The notes: a model not told the origin generated them from the letters alone. DNA of 61,690 nt from Candidatus Limnocylindria bacterium (GCA_038255505.1 JBBSLF010000002.1:1-61690), one strand, 5' to 3'. Counted from the stretch's first letter, positions 11,729 through 23,595 are shown. Numbers and translations are program-made.

Positions 11729-12112
11729 ATGGCGCCAGGCATCCAGAGGAGAACCGTGAGCGAGATTGAAGAGAAGGGCTACCGTGAGATGGCAGAAGCC
11801 CAGGACGATCGCCAGATCGATACGTGGGCGGCCGACCTCTTCGTCGACTTCGCCAAGCGTCTCGGCGTCGGCAACGCGATCGACGCGTTCTCTCGCGCGT
11901 CAGGGCTCGATGCTCGTGGATTCCAGCGCGCGTTCCTCGTCGGCGGGGGACCGGACCACGTCGTCGGGATCGATACCGCCGGGTCATTGGCGGCGCCGAT
12001 CTTCGAGCTTCCGAAGGCCATCATCGGCCTGCGCCGCATCGATCCCGGTGCGCGCGCCAAGCTCATCGACTTCCTGGTGGTCCACCGCGAGGTCATGTCC
12101 TACACCGCCTGA
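11729..12112 (+). CDS. hypothetical protein, possible HTH
   Basis: The internal ATG at 11729 of ORF 11387..12112 avoids overlap with the divergent gene. The segment GNAIDAFSRASGLDARGFQRAFL looks HTH-like. The start could also be GTG 11756. Confidence 0.45.
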   Translation: MAPGIQRRTVSEIEEKGYREMAEAQDDRQIDTWAADLFVDFAKRLGVGNAIDAFSRASGLDARGFQRAFLVGGGPDHVVGIDTAGSLAAPIFELPKAIIGLRRIDPGARAKLIDFLVVHREVMSYTA

Positions 12113-12130
12113 GGATCACGACTCTGCGGG

Positions 12131-13117
12131 CTAGGTCTCCTCGCTCTGGGGGGCACCGGCACGGATGATGGCGATGGCATTCTCGATCTTCAGCTTGGTG
12201 ATCGTCAGATGCTTGGCGAAGTTCGCCCGATTGACCTCGGGGATCTGGTCCATCATCTCCGGCTGCCGCAGGATCTCGACGAGATCATCGACCCCCTCCG
12301 ATAGCTTTGATCGAGCTCCCATCAGCGCATCATCAGCCGCCTTGGCTGCGGCCACCTCCCCAGCGACTGTCTTCGCACGTCGCGGCAGAGTGGGATCGGC
12401 GGTCGCGACCCGGTCCCGGGGCGTCCCCGTCAGCGCCCGTAGCTTTGCCAGCGACAACTCGCCGGCGATGATGCGCTTGGCGAGCCGACGTCGCTTTCGC
12501 TCGTCACCGATCTTCATCAACTCATACGCATGGCTGATCGTGTCTTTGCGCAACGACAGAAGCTCGCGAATGTCGGCGGGAGCATCGGAAAGTCGCAACC
12601 GATTCTCAACGTAGCCCTTGTCCTTGCCAACTTTCTGGGCCAGCTGGCGGACGGAGTAGCCGAACGTCTCAGTCATGCGGCGGAACATCGCCGCCTCCTC
12701 AAGTGGGGAGACATCCTCGCGTTGGAGATTCTCGATGATGCTGACTTCGAGGGCAGTCTGGTCGTCGAACTCTGCGACTATGGCCGGAATCGTTTCGCGG
12801 CCGGCCATGCCCGATGCGCGCCACCGGCGTTCTCCGGCGATAAGTTCGAACTTTGAGCCACTGGGGCGAACGAGGATCGGTTGAAGGACGCCATGCTCGC
12901 GGATCGAATCAGCCAGTTCAGTCAGCGAGTCCTCCTCATACGAGAGACGCGGCTGCGCCGGGTTCGGAAGGATCTTCGATACCGGGACTTCGCGAATCTG
13001 TGCCTGCGTGGCGCGCGACTCGATAAGAGAGACGATCCCGGGGGCGAGATCGGTGGACTGCGCCTCGTCGAAGAGCCGATGGATATTCTCGCGGAATGCC
13101 GGGCCCTTGCTAGCCAA
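12131..13117 (-). CDS. parB: chromosome partitioning protein ParB/Spo0J
   Basis: ParB box motifs ILPNPAQPRLSYEE, HGVLQPILVRP and LIAGERRWRAS. It overlaps parA by 8 nt. Confidence 0.93.
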   Translation of the reverse strand: MASKGPAFRENIHRLFDEAQSTDLAPGIVSLIESRATQAQIREVPVSKILPNPAQPRLSYEEDSLTELADSIREHGVLQPILVRPSGSKFELIAGERRWRASGMAGRETIPAIVAEFDDQTALEVSIIENLQREDVSPLEEAAMFRRMTETFGYSVRQLAQKVGKDKGYVENRLRLSDAPADIRELLSLRKDTISHAYELMKIGDERKRRRLAKRIIAGELSLAKLRALTGTPRDRVATADPTLPRRAKTVAGEVAAAKAADDALMGARSKLSEGVDDLVEILRQPEMMDQIPEVNRANFAKHLTITKLKIENAIAIIRAGAPQSEET

Positions 13118-13877
13118 GTTCGATTACCTCCTGGGCCAGGTCGCGGAACGACCGCGCGGCGGACGAGTTGGTGGCGTACTCGGTGATCGGCTTGCCGGTG
13201 AGTGGCGCTTCGCCAAGCTTCACCGCGTTGCGAATCATGGTGTTGAAGACGCGATGGTCCCCGAGTTCCCGCAGGTTCTGGAGCATCTCGCGTGCGAGGA
13301 CGGTGCGGCCATCGAAGAAGGTCGGCAGTAGTCCGAGCACCTCAAGGTCATGGTTGAGCTTCAGCTTGATCGTGTTGATGACCTTGATCAGCGCGGTCAG
13401 GCCCTTGATGGCGTAATACTGCGTCTGCACCGGGATGATGACGCGGCTCGATGCGACCAGTGAGTTGATCGTGAGAAGGCCGAGCGTTGGCGGACAGTCG
13501 ATGATGACCACGTCGAACTGTCGATCGGCCCAGCCGCCGATGGCGTCGCGCAGGACCATCTCGCGGCCGATGGCCGTGAAAAGCTCGACCTCCGTGGATG
13601 CGAGCTCCAGCGTGGCCGGCGCCACCCACAGGCCCTGTGTCTCGGTCTGGCGAACGACCTCATCGAGAGCGACGCGGTCATCGGACAGCACATCGGCCAT
13701 GGATTGGCGCACATCAGATAACGATATGCCGAGGCCGACTGTGAGATTCGCCTGAGGGTCCATGTCCAGACACAGAACTCGATACCCCAGCTCGGCCAAT
13801 GCACCGCCCAGGTTGATCGAGCAGGTCGTTTTCCCGACGCCGCCCTTCTGGTTCGCGATCGAGATTACCTTGGTCAA
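13110..13877 (-). CDS. parA: chromosome partitioning ATPase ParA/Soj
   Basis: Deviant Walker A KVISIANQKGGVGKTT and DMDPQANLT. TTG start with AGGTGA 6 nt upstream. Confidence 0.94.
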   Translation of the reverse strand: MTKVISIANQKGGVGKTTCSINLGGALAELGYRVLCLDMDPQANLTVGLGISLSDVRQSMADVLSDDRVALDEVVRQTETQGLWVAPATLELASTEVELFTAIGREMVLRDAIGGWADRQFDVVIIDCPPTLGLLTINSLVASSRVIIPVQTQYYAIKGLTALIKVINTIKLKLNHDLEVLGLLPTFFDGRTVLAREMLQNLRELGDHRVFNTMIRNAVKLGEAPLTGKPITEYATNSSAARSFRDLAQEVIELG

Positions 13878-13971
13878 TGGATCACCTACGTGCGAGTCGG
13901 GCGGGAAATTCTTGTCGCGCCATGCGACACCGTGAAATGATAGGCCTCATCGAGCGGATCGGTCCATGAAG

Positions 13972-14041
13972 TTATCCACAACGTGGAGAAGTGGTCGTGT
14001 CATTGTGCAAAGACATCGGTCTATACTCCGAGTTGTCCACC
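13972..14041. promoter_or_regulatory. DnaA-box cluster in the parA / tRNA-Met intergenic region
   Basis: A perfect TTATCCACA (13972-13980) abuts an inverted 7/9 box CGTGGAGAA (13982-13990). A second 7/9 box TTGTCCACC is at 14033-14041. Confidence 0.45.
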
Positions 14042-14051
14042 GTCTCGCCTA

Positions 14052-14127
14052 GGGCCCGTAGCTCAATGGTCAGAGCAACCGGCTCATAACCGGACGGTCG
14101 CAGGTTCGATTCCTGCCGGGCCCACCA
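14052..14127 (+). tRNA. tRNA-Met (anticodon CAT; elongator type, tRNA-Ile2 not excluded), CCA encoded
   Basis: Acceptor GGGCCCG/CGGGCCC with 1-72 paired (not initiator-like), anticodon loop CTCATAA, T arm GCAGG-TTCGATT-CCTGC. TATACT at 14022-14027 is upstream. Confidence 0.9.
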
Positions 14128-14153
14128 TCATCTTTCTTAGTAAGGAGCGTTGC

Positions 14154-15704
14154 GTGTCGACCGCCGACAAGCTCAACCGTCTTCGCGAGATGCGCAATGA
14201 GGCGCTTCAGGGTGGGGGAGCAAGTCGGGTCGAACAGCAGCACGCACGTGGCAAGCTCTCGGCTCGAGAGCGACTCGACGTCCTGCTCGATGAGGGGTCG
14301 TTCACCGAGATCGATGCGTTCGTCACGCACCGCGCAACAGACTTTGGAATGGACGAGCAACGTTACCTTGGCGATGGAGTGGTGTCCGGCTTCGGCCGGA
14401 TCGACGGACGTCTCGTTTTCGTCTACAGCCAGGACTTCACGGTCTTCGGCGGTTCGCTGTCCGAGGCGCACGCGGAAAAGATCTGCAAGGTGATGGACCT
14501 TGCGGTCGAGAACGGCGCGCCGATCATCGGTCTCTCCGATTCCGGCGGCGCGCGCATCCAGGAGGGTGTGGTCAGCCTGGGCGGTTACGCCGATATCTTT
14601 TTGCGCAACACCATGGCCTCCGGCGTGGTGCCGCAACTGTCGTTGATCATGGGTCCATGCGCCGGCGGGGCCGTGTACTCGCCGGCGATCACTGACTTCG
14701 TGGTCATGGTCGACGGAACCAGCTACATGTTCGTGACCGGGCCGAACGTGGTGAAGACGGTGACCCACGAGGAGATCGATTTCGAGGGACTCGGCGGAGG
14801 GCGCGTGCACAACGAGATGAGCGGTGTCGCCCATTTTCTTGCAGCCGGGGAGCCACAAGCGCTCGAGCTTGCGCGGTCGATCATCGGCTACCTCCCACAG
14901 AACAACGTTGATCCTGCGCCTCGGCAGGAAGGCTGGTCGGAGCCGGTGGTGCGTCCGGATTTGATGAACGCCGTGGTGCCGGATTCGCCAAAGCAGTCGT
15001 ATGACATGCACACCGTCATCTCCGGCATCGTCGACGGCGATTCGTTCACCGAGGTCCATGTGCACTTCGCGCGGAACATCATCTGCGGCCTGGCGCGGAT
15101 CGAGGGCCGCAGTGTGGGCATCGTGGCGCAGCAGCCACAGGTACTTGCGGGTGTCCTTGATATCGACGCCTCCGACAAGGCGGCTCGATTCGTCCGAACG
15201 TGTGATGCCTTCAACATCCCGATCCTTACGCTGGTCGATGTCCCCGGATTTCTTCCCGGGGTGGAGCAGGAGCACCGCGGCATCATTCGGCATGGTGCCA
15301 AGCTGTTGTACGCGTACTGCGAGGCCACTGTCCCGAAGGTGACGGTCATCACGCGCAAGGCGTATGGTGGCGCGTACGACGTCATGAGCAGCAAGCATGT
15401 TCGCGGGGACATGAACTTTGCGTGGCCGACCGCCGAGATTGCCGTCATGGGAGTGGAGGGCGCCGTGAACATCATCTTCCGCGATGGGATTGCCGTCGCC
15501 GACGATCCGGACGCGGAGCGTGCTCGCCTGATTGGCGAGTACGAGGAGCGGTTTGCCAACCCGTACATCGCGGCTGCGCGCGGGTACGTCGACGAAGTGA
15601 TCTTGCCATCCGAAACACGGACCAGGGTCACGGGTGCCCTGGCCATGCTGGAGAACAAGCGACAGTCGATGCCGGCCAAGAAGCACGGCAACATCCCTCT
15701 GTAA
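14154..15704 (+). CDS. pccB: acyl-CoA (propionyl-CoA) carboxylase carboxyltransferase beta subunit
   Basis: GTG 14154 is preceded by TAAGGAG. Sequence matches the PccB/MmdA family ([18 protein letters not shown]..., [17 protein letters not shown]). The part of ORF 13983..15704 upstream of 14154 overlaps the tRNA and is rejected. Confidence 0.93.
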   Translation: MSTADKLNRLREMRNEALQGGGASRVEQQHARGKLSARERLDVLLDEGSFTEIDAFVTHRATDFGMDEQRYLGDGVVSGFGRIDGRLVFVYSQDFTVFGGSLSEAHAEKICKVMDLAVENGAPIIGLSDSGGARIQEGVVSLGGYADIFLRNTMASGVVPQLSLIMGPCAGGAVYSPAITDFVVMVDGTSYMFVTGPNVVKTVTHEEIDFEGLGGGRVHNEMSGVAHFLAAGEPQALELARSIIGYLPQNNVDPAPRQEGWSEPVVRPDLMNAVVPDSPKQSYDMHTVISGIVDGDSFTEVHVHFARNIICGLARIEGRSVGIVAQQPQVLAGVLDIDASDKAARFVRTCDAFNIPILTLVDVPGFLPGVEQEHRGIIRHGAKLLYAYCEATVPKVTVITRKAYGGAYDVMSSKHVRGDMNFAWPTAEIAVMGVEGAVNIIFRDGIAVADDPDAERARLIGEYEERFANPYIAAARGYVDEVILPSETRTRVTGALAMLENKRQSMPAKKHGNIPL

Positions 15705-15732
15705 TCGAGTGTCTTTGCGCACGGACAGACCG

Positions 15733-17229
15733 ATGTCCCCACTTCCGCCTTTCGGCCGGCTGCTCATCGCCAACCGCGGCGAGATTGCGATTCGGATTAT
15801 CCGCGCGTGTCGGGAACTCGGGATCTCGCCGATCGCGGTGCATTCGGATGTCGATGGGGATGCCCTTCACGTCCGCGCGGCTGACCAATCGGAGCGGATC
15901 GGACCGGCGGCGGCGGCCGAGTCGTATCTGTCGATCGAGGCGGTGATCGATGCCGCGCGGCGCAGTGGGGTCGAGGCCGTTCATCCGGGATACGGCTTCC
16001 TGTCTGAGAACCCGGCTTTTGCGCGGGCTGTCGAGGATGCCGGCCTTGTCTTCGTCGGGCCTTCGGCCGCGGTCCTCGAAGCATTGGGAAACAAGCTGGC
16101 GGCACGCCGCTCGGCCGCGGAAGCCGGCGTCCCAATCGTTCCGGGCACGACCGTGGCGCTCGGCGACGACACGGGCCCCGTCGAGGAAATCGGCTTCCCC
16201 GTCATGCTGAAGGCAGCCGCGGGTGGGGGAGGCAGGGGCATGCGTCGCGTGGATGCCGCAAAGGACCTGCGTCTTGCGATGGACTCCGCCAGGCGCGAGG
16301 CTCTCGCGGCCTTCGGTGACGGCACAATCTATGTCGAGCGCATGATCGCCCCGGCCCGCCATGTCGAGGTGCAGCTGCTCGGCGACCGCCATGGATCGCT
16401 CGCGGTACTGGGCGAGCGCGATTGCTCCGTCCAGCGCCGCCATCAGAAGCTGGTCGAGGAAACCCCGTCACCGGCGGTCAGTCCGAAGCTGCGGACGGCA
16501 CTGTTCGAGAGCGCGCGGCGCGTCGCCGCAACCGTCGACTTTCACAACGCCGCCACGGTCGAGTTCCTCATCGACGGCGACGGGAATCACTACTTCCTCG
16601 AGATGAACACGCGGCTCCAGGTGGAGCATGGGGTCACGGAGCTCGTCACCGGACTGGACATCGTGGCGTGGCAGATCCGGGTCGCGGCCGGCGAGGCGCT
16701 GACGGCCGACGTGCTGGAGGCGTCCAGCCGAGGTCACGCGATCGAGTTCCGGCTGTATGCGGAGAATCCGTACGATGACTTTCGCCCGACGGCGGGTCGG
16801 GTCACCGCCTGGCGCATGCCGGACGGCCCCGGCGTTCGGGTCGACGCGGGCGTCGATTACGGAACCGAGCTGCGTCCCGAATATGACCCCCTGCTGGCGA
16901 AGGTGCTGGTTCATGCCGGCGATCGCCCGGCGGCGCTGGCGCGAATGCGACGAGCCCTGGATGAGACGCGCGTCGGCGGACTTGAGACCGATGCCGGCTT
17001 CCTGCGCTGGCTGGTGGATGACTCCGCATTCGCGTCCGGCGATTACGACACGTCACTTATCGCCTCGCGCTGGGTACACGGGCCCGCGCTGACGGACGAG
17101 GAGGCATCCCTCGCGTCCGCTGCCGCCGTGGCAACCCGCATGGAGGGCACGACCGAGCGCCCTGCGGCAGTTCCCGAAACAGGATCGAACTGGGGCAGGC
17201 TCGCTCGTCGCGAGGCGTTGCGGCGATGA
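15733..17229 (+). CDS. accC: biotin carboxylase subunit of acyl-CoA carboxylase (no fused BCCP domain)
   Basis: LLIANRGEIAIRIIRACRELG, the ATP-grasp motif MLKAAAGGGGRGMR, and EMNTRLQVEH. About 498 aa from ATG 15733. Confidence 0.94.
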   Translation: MSPLPPFGRLLIANRGEIAIRIIRACRELGISPIAVHSDVDGDALHVRAADQSERIGPAAAAESYLSIEAVIDAARRSGVEAVHPGYGFLSENPAFARAVEDAGLVFVGPSAAVLEALGNKLAARRSAAEAGVPIVPGTTVALGDDTGPVEEIGFPVMLKAAAGGGGRGMRRVDAAKDLRLAMDSARREALAAFGDGTIYVERMIAPARHVEVQLLGDRHGSLAVLGERDCSVQRRHQKLVEETPSPAVSPKLRTALFESARRVAATVDFHNAATVEFLIDGDGNHYFLEMNTRLQVEHGVTELVTGLDIVAWQIRVAAGEALTADVLEASSRGHAIEFRLYAENPYDDFRPTAGRVTAWRMPDGPGVRVDAGVDYGTELRPEYDPLLAKVLVHAGDRPAALARMRRALDETRVGGLETDAGFLRWLVDDSAFASGDYDTSLIASRWVHGPALTDEEASLASAAAVATRMEGTTERPAAVPETGSNWGRLARREALRR

Positions 17230-17690
17230 CCGACTACGAGGTGCGCATCGGTGGCGAGCGTCGCAACCCGGCCGCGGGGTGGACACTGGTGTGGGATGAC
17301 CGCGCGCAGGGAATTGGGCGGCTCGTGAACGGAACGGCATCGGTCCCGGTCGTGGTCGAGGGCGACGGGAGCGATTGGGTCGTCACCCTGAACGGCCGGC
17401 GAATCAGCGTCAACGTGCTGACGCGGCGTGAACGGCTGCTGGCGGACTCGGCTTCGGTCGAACGGACACAAGCGGGACCGACCATCGTGAAGGCGACGCT
17501 CCCCGGTCTCATCGTGACGGTCACCGTCGAGGTGGGGGATGAGGTTGCTGAGGGCGCCACGCTACTGACCATCGAGGCGATGAAGATGCAGAACGAGGTG
17601 CGAGCGCCCAGGGCGGGGAAGGTGATCGAAGTCACCGTCGCAGCCGGGCAGGTCGTGGCGACGGGCGCATCGCTCCTTCGGCTGGACTGA
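17226..17690 (+). CDS. biotin carboxyl carrier protein (1.3S-type)
   Basis: C-terminal biotinyl domain with EAMKMQNEV. 4-nt overlap with the upstream gene. Confidence 0.88.
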   Translation: MTDYEVRIGGERRNPAAGWTLVWDDRAQGIGRLVNGTASVPVVVEGDGSDWVVTLNGRRISVNVLTRRERLLADSASVERTQAGPTIVKATLPGLIVTVTVEVGDEVAEGATLLTIEAMKMQNEVRAPRAGKVIEVTVAAGQVVATGASLLRLD

Positions 17691-17712
17691 CGCCCGCTAC
17701 AATCAGCGCCCG

Positions 17713-19307
<1,595 letters not shown>

Positions 19308-19311
<4 letters not shown>

Positions 19312-19721
19312 AGATCGGTCACATTCATCACGTTGCCATCGTCGTGCGCTCGATCAGCGCGTCGCTCCCGCGTTACCGGTCTCTGTTCGGCCTCGAGCCT
19401 GAGGATGCGCCGATCATGTTCTCCTCCCAGGGCGTCCGTCTCTGCTTCCTGTCGACCGGGCCGGAACCCGCGGCACGCATCGAGTTGGTCGAGCCCGTCA
19501 ACGAAGAAGGCGGCGTCGCGCGCTTCCTGGCAACGCATGGCGAGGGCGTACACCACGTCTGCTTCGTGACCAATGACCTGCCGGCGAGTCTCGAGGCGCT
19601 GGTTGCCGCGGAGGTCGAGCTCATTGATCGGGAGCCACGGCCGGGCGCGCATGGGGACGTCGCGTTCGTTCATCCCCGAACGCTGAACGGCGTGCTCTGG
19701 GAGCTGCTCGAGGTGCGCTGA
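19308..19721 (+). CDS. mce: methylmalonyl-CoA epimerase (VOC/glyoxalase fold)
   Basis: [13 protein letters not shown]...GEGVHHVCF... together with genomic context. ATG 19308 overlaps the mutase stop. Confidence 0.85.
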
Positions 19722-19759
19722 GAGCCGGTTCACCGCCGCGCCGCCCGACTGTCAACGAA

Positions 19760-19777
19760 TATATCATTAGTGATATA
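19760..19777. repeat. AT-rich perfect inverted repeat in a convergent intergenic region
   Basis: TATATCA-ttag-TGATATA, flanked by an imperfect extension GTCAACG...CGGCTGAC. It stands out against the GC-rich background. Confidence 0.8.
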
Positions 19778-19825
19778 ACGGCTGACACGACGCGCACGAC
19801 TCCCTCGAACGCCAGTGAGAAGCCC

Positions 19826-20707
19826 TCAGCCGACGCCGGCGTCGCGGAGGAGCTGCGGGATGTGCGATGGGGAATCGGCGACGCGCACGCCCGCCTCTTC
19901 CAGCGCGACTCGCTTCGACTCCGCCGTGCCCTCGCCGCCAGACGAGATGATCGCGCCGGCGTGGCCCATGCGACGACCGGGTGGGGCGGTGCGCCCGGCG
20001 ATGAATGCCGCCATCGGCTTGCGCACCTCTCGCGCGCAGAATGCCGCCGCCTTTTCCTCCTCCTCGCCACCAATCTCGCCGATCATCACGATTGCCTCGG
20101 TCTCGGGGTCTTGGTTGAACATATCGAGAATGTCGATGAAATTCGTCCCGATGATCGGGTCGCCGCCGATGCCGACGCAGGTCGTCTGGCCCATGCCGGC
20201 GTCGGTCATGGCCTGCACCACCTCGTAGGTCAACGTGCCCGAGCGGGACACGAGACCGACGGGGCCACGCGCATGGATGTTTCCTGGAATGATTCCGACT
20301 TTCGCTTCGTCGACGCTCGTCATGCCGGGACAGTTCGGCCCGATGAGGCGTGTACCCGAGGCGCGGAGGACATGCGAGACGCGGAGCATGTCGAGCGCGG
20401 GGACGCCCTCGGTGATGCAGATGATGAGCGGAATGCGTGCCGCGGACGCCTCCAGCATCGCGTCGGGTGCGAACGCCGCGGGCACGAAGATGCATGTCGC
20501 GTTGGCGCCGGTCTGCTCGACCGCCTCGGCGACCGTGTCGAACACCGGAACGCGACCGTCGAGCGCCGTTTGGCCCCCCTTGCCCGGCGTGACCCCAGCC
20601 ACGATGGATGTGCCGTACTCAAGCATGGCGGTGGAGTGGAACTCTCCCTCGCGACCGGTGATGCCCTGGACCAGCAGACGCGTCTCGCGGTTGACGAGGA
20701 TGCTCAT
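19826..20707 (-). CDS. sucD: succinyl-CoA synthetase alpha subunit
   Basis: [19 protein letters not shown] and MGHAGAI motifs. Confidence 0.96.
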   Translation of the reverse strand: MSILVNRETRLLVQGITGREGEFHSTAMLEYGTSIVAGVTPGKGGQTALDGRVPVFDTVAEAVEQTGANATCIFVPAAFAPDAMLEASAARIPLIICITEGVPALDMLRVSHVLRASGTRLIGPNCPGMTSVDEAKVGIIPGNIHARGPVGLVSRSGTLTYEVVQAMTDAGMGQTTCVGIGGDPIIGTNFIDILDMFNQDPETEAIVMIGEIGGEEEEKAAAFCAREVRKPMAAFIAGRTAPPGRRMGHAGAIISSGGEGTAESKRVALEEAGVRVADSPSHIPQLLRDAGVG

Positions 20708-21843
20708 GCCGCCGCCCCCGCTGCCGCGACGGCCTTGGCGGCGGCGTCGTCTAGCGACTCGGCAGTGATCAGGTTCGCCTCGGCCAAGATCGGCTTCGCC
20801 TCCTCCGAGTTCGTGCCCACGATACGTACCACCATCGGCACGTCGCGGGTGAGAGCGGCGCGGGCCTCCACGATGCCGCGGGCCACCTCGTCGCCGCGTG
20901 TGATGCCACCGAAGATGTTGATGAGGATGGCCTTCACGTTCGGATCGTCCAGGATGATCTTGAAGGCGGCCGTCACCTTGTCCTGCTTCGCGCCGCCACC
21001 GATGTCGAGGAAGTTCGCCGGCTCGCCGCCGGCCAGCTTGACGAGGTCCATGGTCGTCATCGCCAATCCGGCCCCGTTGACCATGCAGCCGATGGACCCG
21101 TCGAGCTTGATGAAGCTGATGCCCGCCTCGCGGGCCGCGATCTCCGACGGCTCCTCCTCGTTGAGGTCGCGCATCGCCTCGAGGTCCGGATGGCGGGAGA
21201 GCGCCGAGTCGTCGAGCACGATCTTGGCGTCCAGTGCCAGCAGCCGGCCGTCATCTGTCACCACCAGCGGGTTGACCTCGGCCAGGTCCGCATCGGACTC
21301 GATGAAGGCAGCATACAACCCGCGCAGGACGGTCGCGAAGTCCTTACGCAGATCAGCGGGAAGGCCCAAGAAGAAGGCGACGCGCCGGACTTCGTGCTCC
21401 TGGAGGCCGATGAGCGGGTGGAGCGGCAGGTTCAGGATCGCATCGGGGTTCGTCTTTGCAGTCTCCTCGATCTCGACGCCACCCTCCGCTGACGCGATGA
21501 CGGTGATCGCCTTCGAGGCGCGGTCGAGAATGAGCCCGAGGTAGTACTCGTGCGCGATGTCGGCCGCGGGAGCCACGAGCACGGTCTTGACCATGGTGCC
21601 CTTGATGTCGAGACCGATGATCTCCCGCGCCACCCGCTCCGCTTCATCCGGGCTGGACGCCAGCTTCACGCCGCCGGCCTTGCCGCGTCCGCCGACGAGC
21701 ACCTGGGCCTTGATCACCACCGCGCCGCCGAGGTCGGCCGCAGCCGCACGAGCCTCCTCGGGCGTCGTCGCCGTCTGTCCGGAGAGGAGCGGCACGCCGT
21801 GGCGTGCAAGGATCTCCTTCGACCGATATTCCTGGAGCTTCAC
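20704..21843 (-). CDS. sucC: succinyl-CoA synthetase beta subunit
   Basis: [18 protein letters not shown]..., ATP-grasp domain, and [14 protein letters not shown]. Confidence 0.96.
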   Translation of the reverse strand: MKLQEYRSKEILARHGVPLLSGQTATTPEEARAAAADLGGAVVIKAQVLVGGRGKAGGVKLASSPDEAERVAREIIGLDIKGTMVKTVLVAPAADIAHEYYLGLILDRASKAITVIASAEGGVEIEETAKTNPDAILNLPLHPLIGLQEHEVRRVAFFLGLPADLRKDFATVLRGLYAAFIESDADLAEVNPLVVTDDGRLLALDAKIVLDDSALSRHPDLEAMRDLNEEEPSEIAAREAGISFIKLDGSIGCMVNGAGLAMTTMDLVKLAGGEPANFLDIGGGAKQDKVTAAFKIILDDPNVKAILINIFGGITRGDEVARGIVEARAALTRDVPMVVRIVGTNSEEAKPILAEANLITAESLDDAAAKAVAAAGAAA

Positions 21844-21960
21844 GCGGTTCTCCTGATGCGAATCTGCGGGCCGGCGCGCTCGGTCGGGCCGAGCCGACCG
21901 TGGGCGACCGATTGTAGCGGGACCGTATCGGCGCCCGTGCCTGCCCGCTACGCTGAAGCG

Positions 21961-23595
21961 ATGAGGTTCCTCGGCGCCCTGCGACAGGTGATGGCCAATC
22001 GCTCGCTGCGGAAGCTCGAGCTGGGATGGCTGATGGCGATGGCCGCCGAAGGCGCGTATCTGGTGAGCCTGTTGGTATACGCCTACGAGGTCGGCGGCGT
22101 GCTCGCGGCCGGCCTGGTCGCGACGTTTCGATCCCTGCCGGCCGGCTTGCTGACGCCGCTGTCGAGTGCGTTCGCCGACCGCTTCTCACGCGAGCGGGTG
22201 CTGCTGGTCGTCCACCTCGGACGAGCAACCATGGTCGGAACCGTCGCCGTCGGAGCGGTGACCGGCCTCCCGCTGCCGGTCGTTCTGGGAGCCGTCGTCG
22301 CCGAGGGCATTCTGCTGGGTCTCCATCGGGCGACGACGCTGTCGTTGATGCCTGCGCTCGCGCGGGCACCCGAGGAGCTCGTGGCGGGGAACGCGGTCAT
22401 CAGCCTGGGTGAGGCAGTTGGTGGGATGGTGGGCCCGGTAGCGGCCGGCCTCCTGCTCATGCTGGGCGGACCGAGCCTGGGCCTCGGGGTGGCAGCGATT
22501 GTCCACGTCGCAGCCGCGACCAGGGTGCTATCGATGGAGGTGGCGGCCGTCCGCCGTCCGGCAGCGGCGGCCGCGACCGCCTCATCGCGGCTGCGCGAGG
22601 CCTTCGGGGGCTTTCGTGCGCTGCGCCGGTATCCATCGGCCGGCCTGGTGATCGGGCTCTTCGGGGCCCAGACCCTTGTCCGCGGTGCCCTCACGGTGCT
22701 CATCGTGGTCACGGCGGTCGAGCTCCTCGGCCTTGGGCAGTCGGGCGTCGGCTACCTCACGTCGGCCATCGGGGCCGGCGGCCTCCTCGGGGCGGCGGTC
22801 GCGATAACCCTCGTCGCCGGTCGCAGCCTATCGACGCCGTTCGCGGTCTCGCTGGCCCTGTGGGGGCTGCCCATCCTCCTGCTCGGAGTCGCCCCGTTCG
22901 GTGTCGTCGCATTCGTGGCCCTGGGCGTGGTCGGTGCCGCGAATGCCGCGCTCGACGTCGCGGGTTTCACGCTGCTCCAGCGGTGCGTGCCCAACGACGT
23001 TCGAGGGCGGGTCTTCGGCGCTCTGGAAGGCGTGGCGGCGCTCGGGATCGCGAGCGGAGCCGCGCTTGCCCCGCTGCTCGTCCAGATGGCAGGCATCGAG
23101 GGCGCGCTGATGATCACCGGCGCGGTGCTGCCGGTCACGGCCGTCGTGACCTACCCGCTGCTCCGACGAGCCGACGCCGCCGCGGTCGTCCCGCACCGCG
23201 AGGTGGCCCTGCTGCGCCAGATCCCGATGTTCGCCCCGCTCCCGTTGACCATCATTGAGCAACTGGCGCAGAGCCTCGAGCCAGTCCGCTACGACACCGG
23301 CAACCGAATCATCGAGCAGGGTGCGCCGGGCGACGCGTTCTACGTGATCGCGGATGGCACAGTGGAGATCGTTCATGATAGGCGTCGCGTGGCGACACTG
23401 GGCTCCGGCGACGGGTTCGGGGAGATCGCCCTGCTCACGGATCGGCCGCGGACGGCGAACGTCGTGGCCCTCGAGCCGATCGAGGGCTATCGCCTGTCCC
23501 GCGATGCCTTCCTCGAGGCCGTGACCGGTAGCTCGCACAGCGTCATCGCCGCCGACGTGCTGATGACGCGGCGCCTGGCCGAGCTGGGCCAATGA
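21961..23595 (+). CDS. MFS transporter fused to a C-terminal cyclic-nucleotide-binding domain
   Basis: About 12 TM helices from ATG 21961, then a cNMP-binding fold ([14 protein letters not shown]...[21 protein letters not shown]). The ORF-track start 21550 overlaps sucC and is rejected. Confidence 0.8.
   Translation: MRFLGALRQVMANRSLRKLELGWLMAMAAEGAYLVSLLVYAYEVGGVLAAGLVATFRSLPAGLLTPLSSAFADRFSRERVLLVVHLGRATMVGTVAVGAVTGLPLPVVLGAVVAEGILLGLHRATTLSLMPALARAPEELVAGNAVISLGEAVGGMVGPVAAGLLLMLGGPSLGLGVAAIVHVAAATRVLSMEVAAVRRPAAAAATASSRLREAFGGFRALRRYPSAGLVIGLFGAQTLVRGALTVLIVVTAVELLGLGQSGVGYLTSAIGAGGLLGAAVAITLVAGRSLSTPFAVSLALWGLPILLLGVAPFGVVAFVALGVVGAANAALDVAGFTLLQRCVPNDVRGRVFGALEGVAALGIASGAALAPLLVQMAGIEGALMITGAVLPVTAVVTYPLLRRADAAAVVPHREVALLRQIPMFAPLPLTIIEQLAQSLEPVRYDTGNRIIEQGAPGDAFYVIADGTVEIVHDRRRVATLGSGDGFGEIALLTDRPRTANVVALEPIEGYRLSRDAFLEAVTGSSHSVIAADVLMTRRLAELGQ

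Noticed and set aside
13878-14051. Calling the parA / tRNA-Met spacer a complete oriC.
   Set aside because: There is only one perfect and two 7/9 DnaA boxes in 174 bp, no AT-rich unwinding element, and no dnaA/dnaN nearby in the window. It is kept only as a DnaA-box cluster worth testing.
10476-14127. The tRNA-Asn to tRNA-Met interval considered as an integrated mobile element carrying parAB.
   Set aside because: There is no integrase, relaxase or transposase, no direct repeat of a tRNA 3' end, and no visible compositional shift. ParA and ParB look like chromosomal Soj/Spo0J.
13983-14153. N-terminal extension of the pccB ORF as given in the ORF track.
   Set aside because: It runs straight through tRNA-Met. 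GTG 14154, with a TAAGGAG SD, gives a normal PccB N-terminus.
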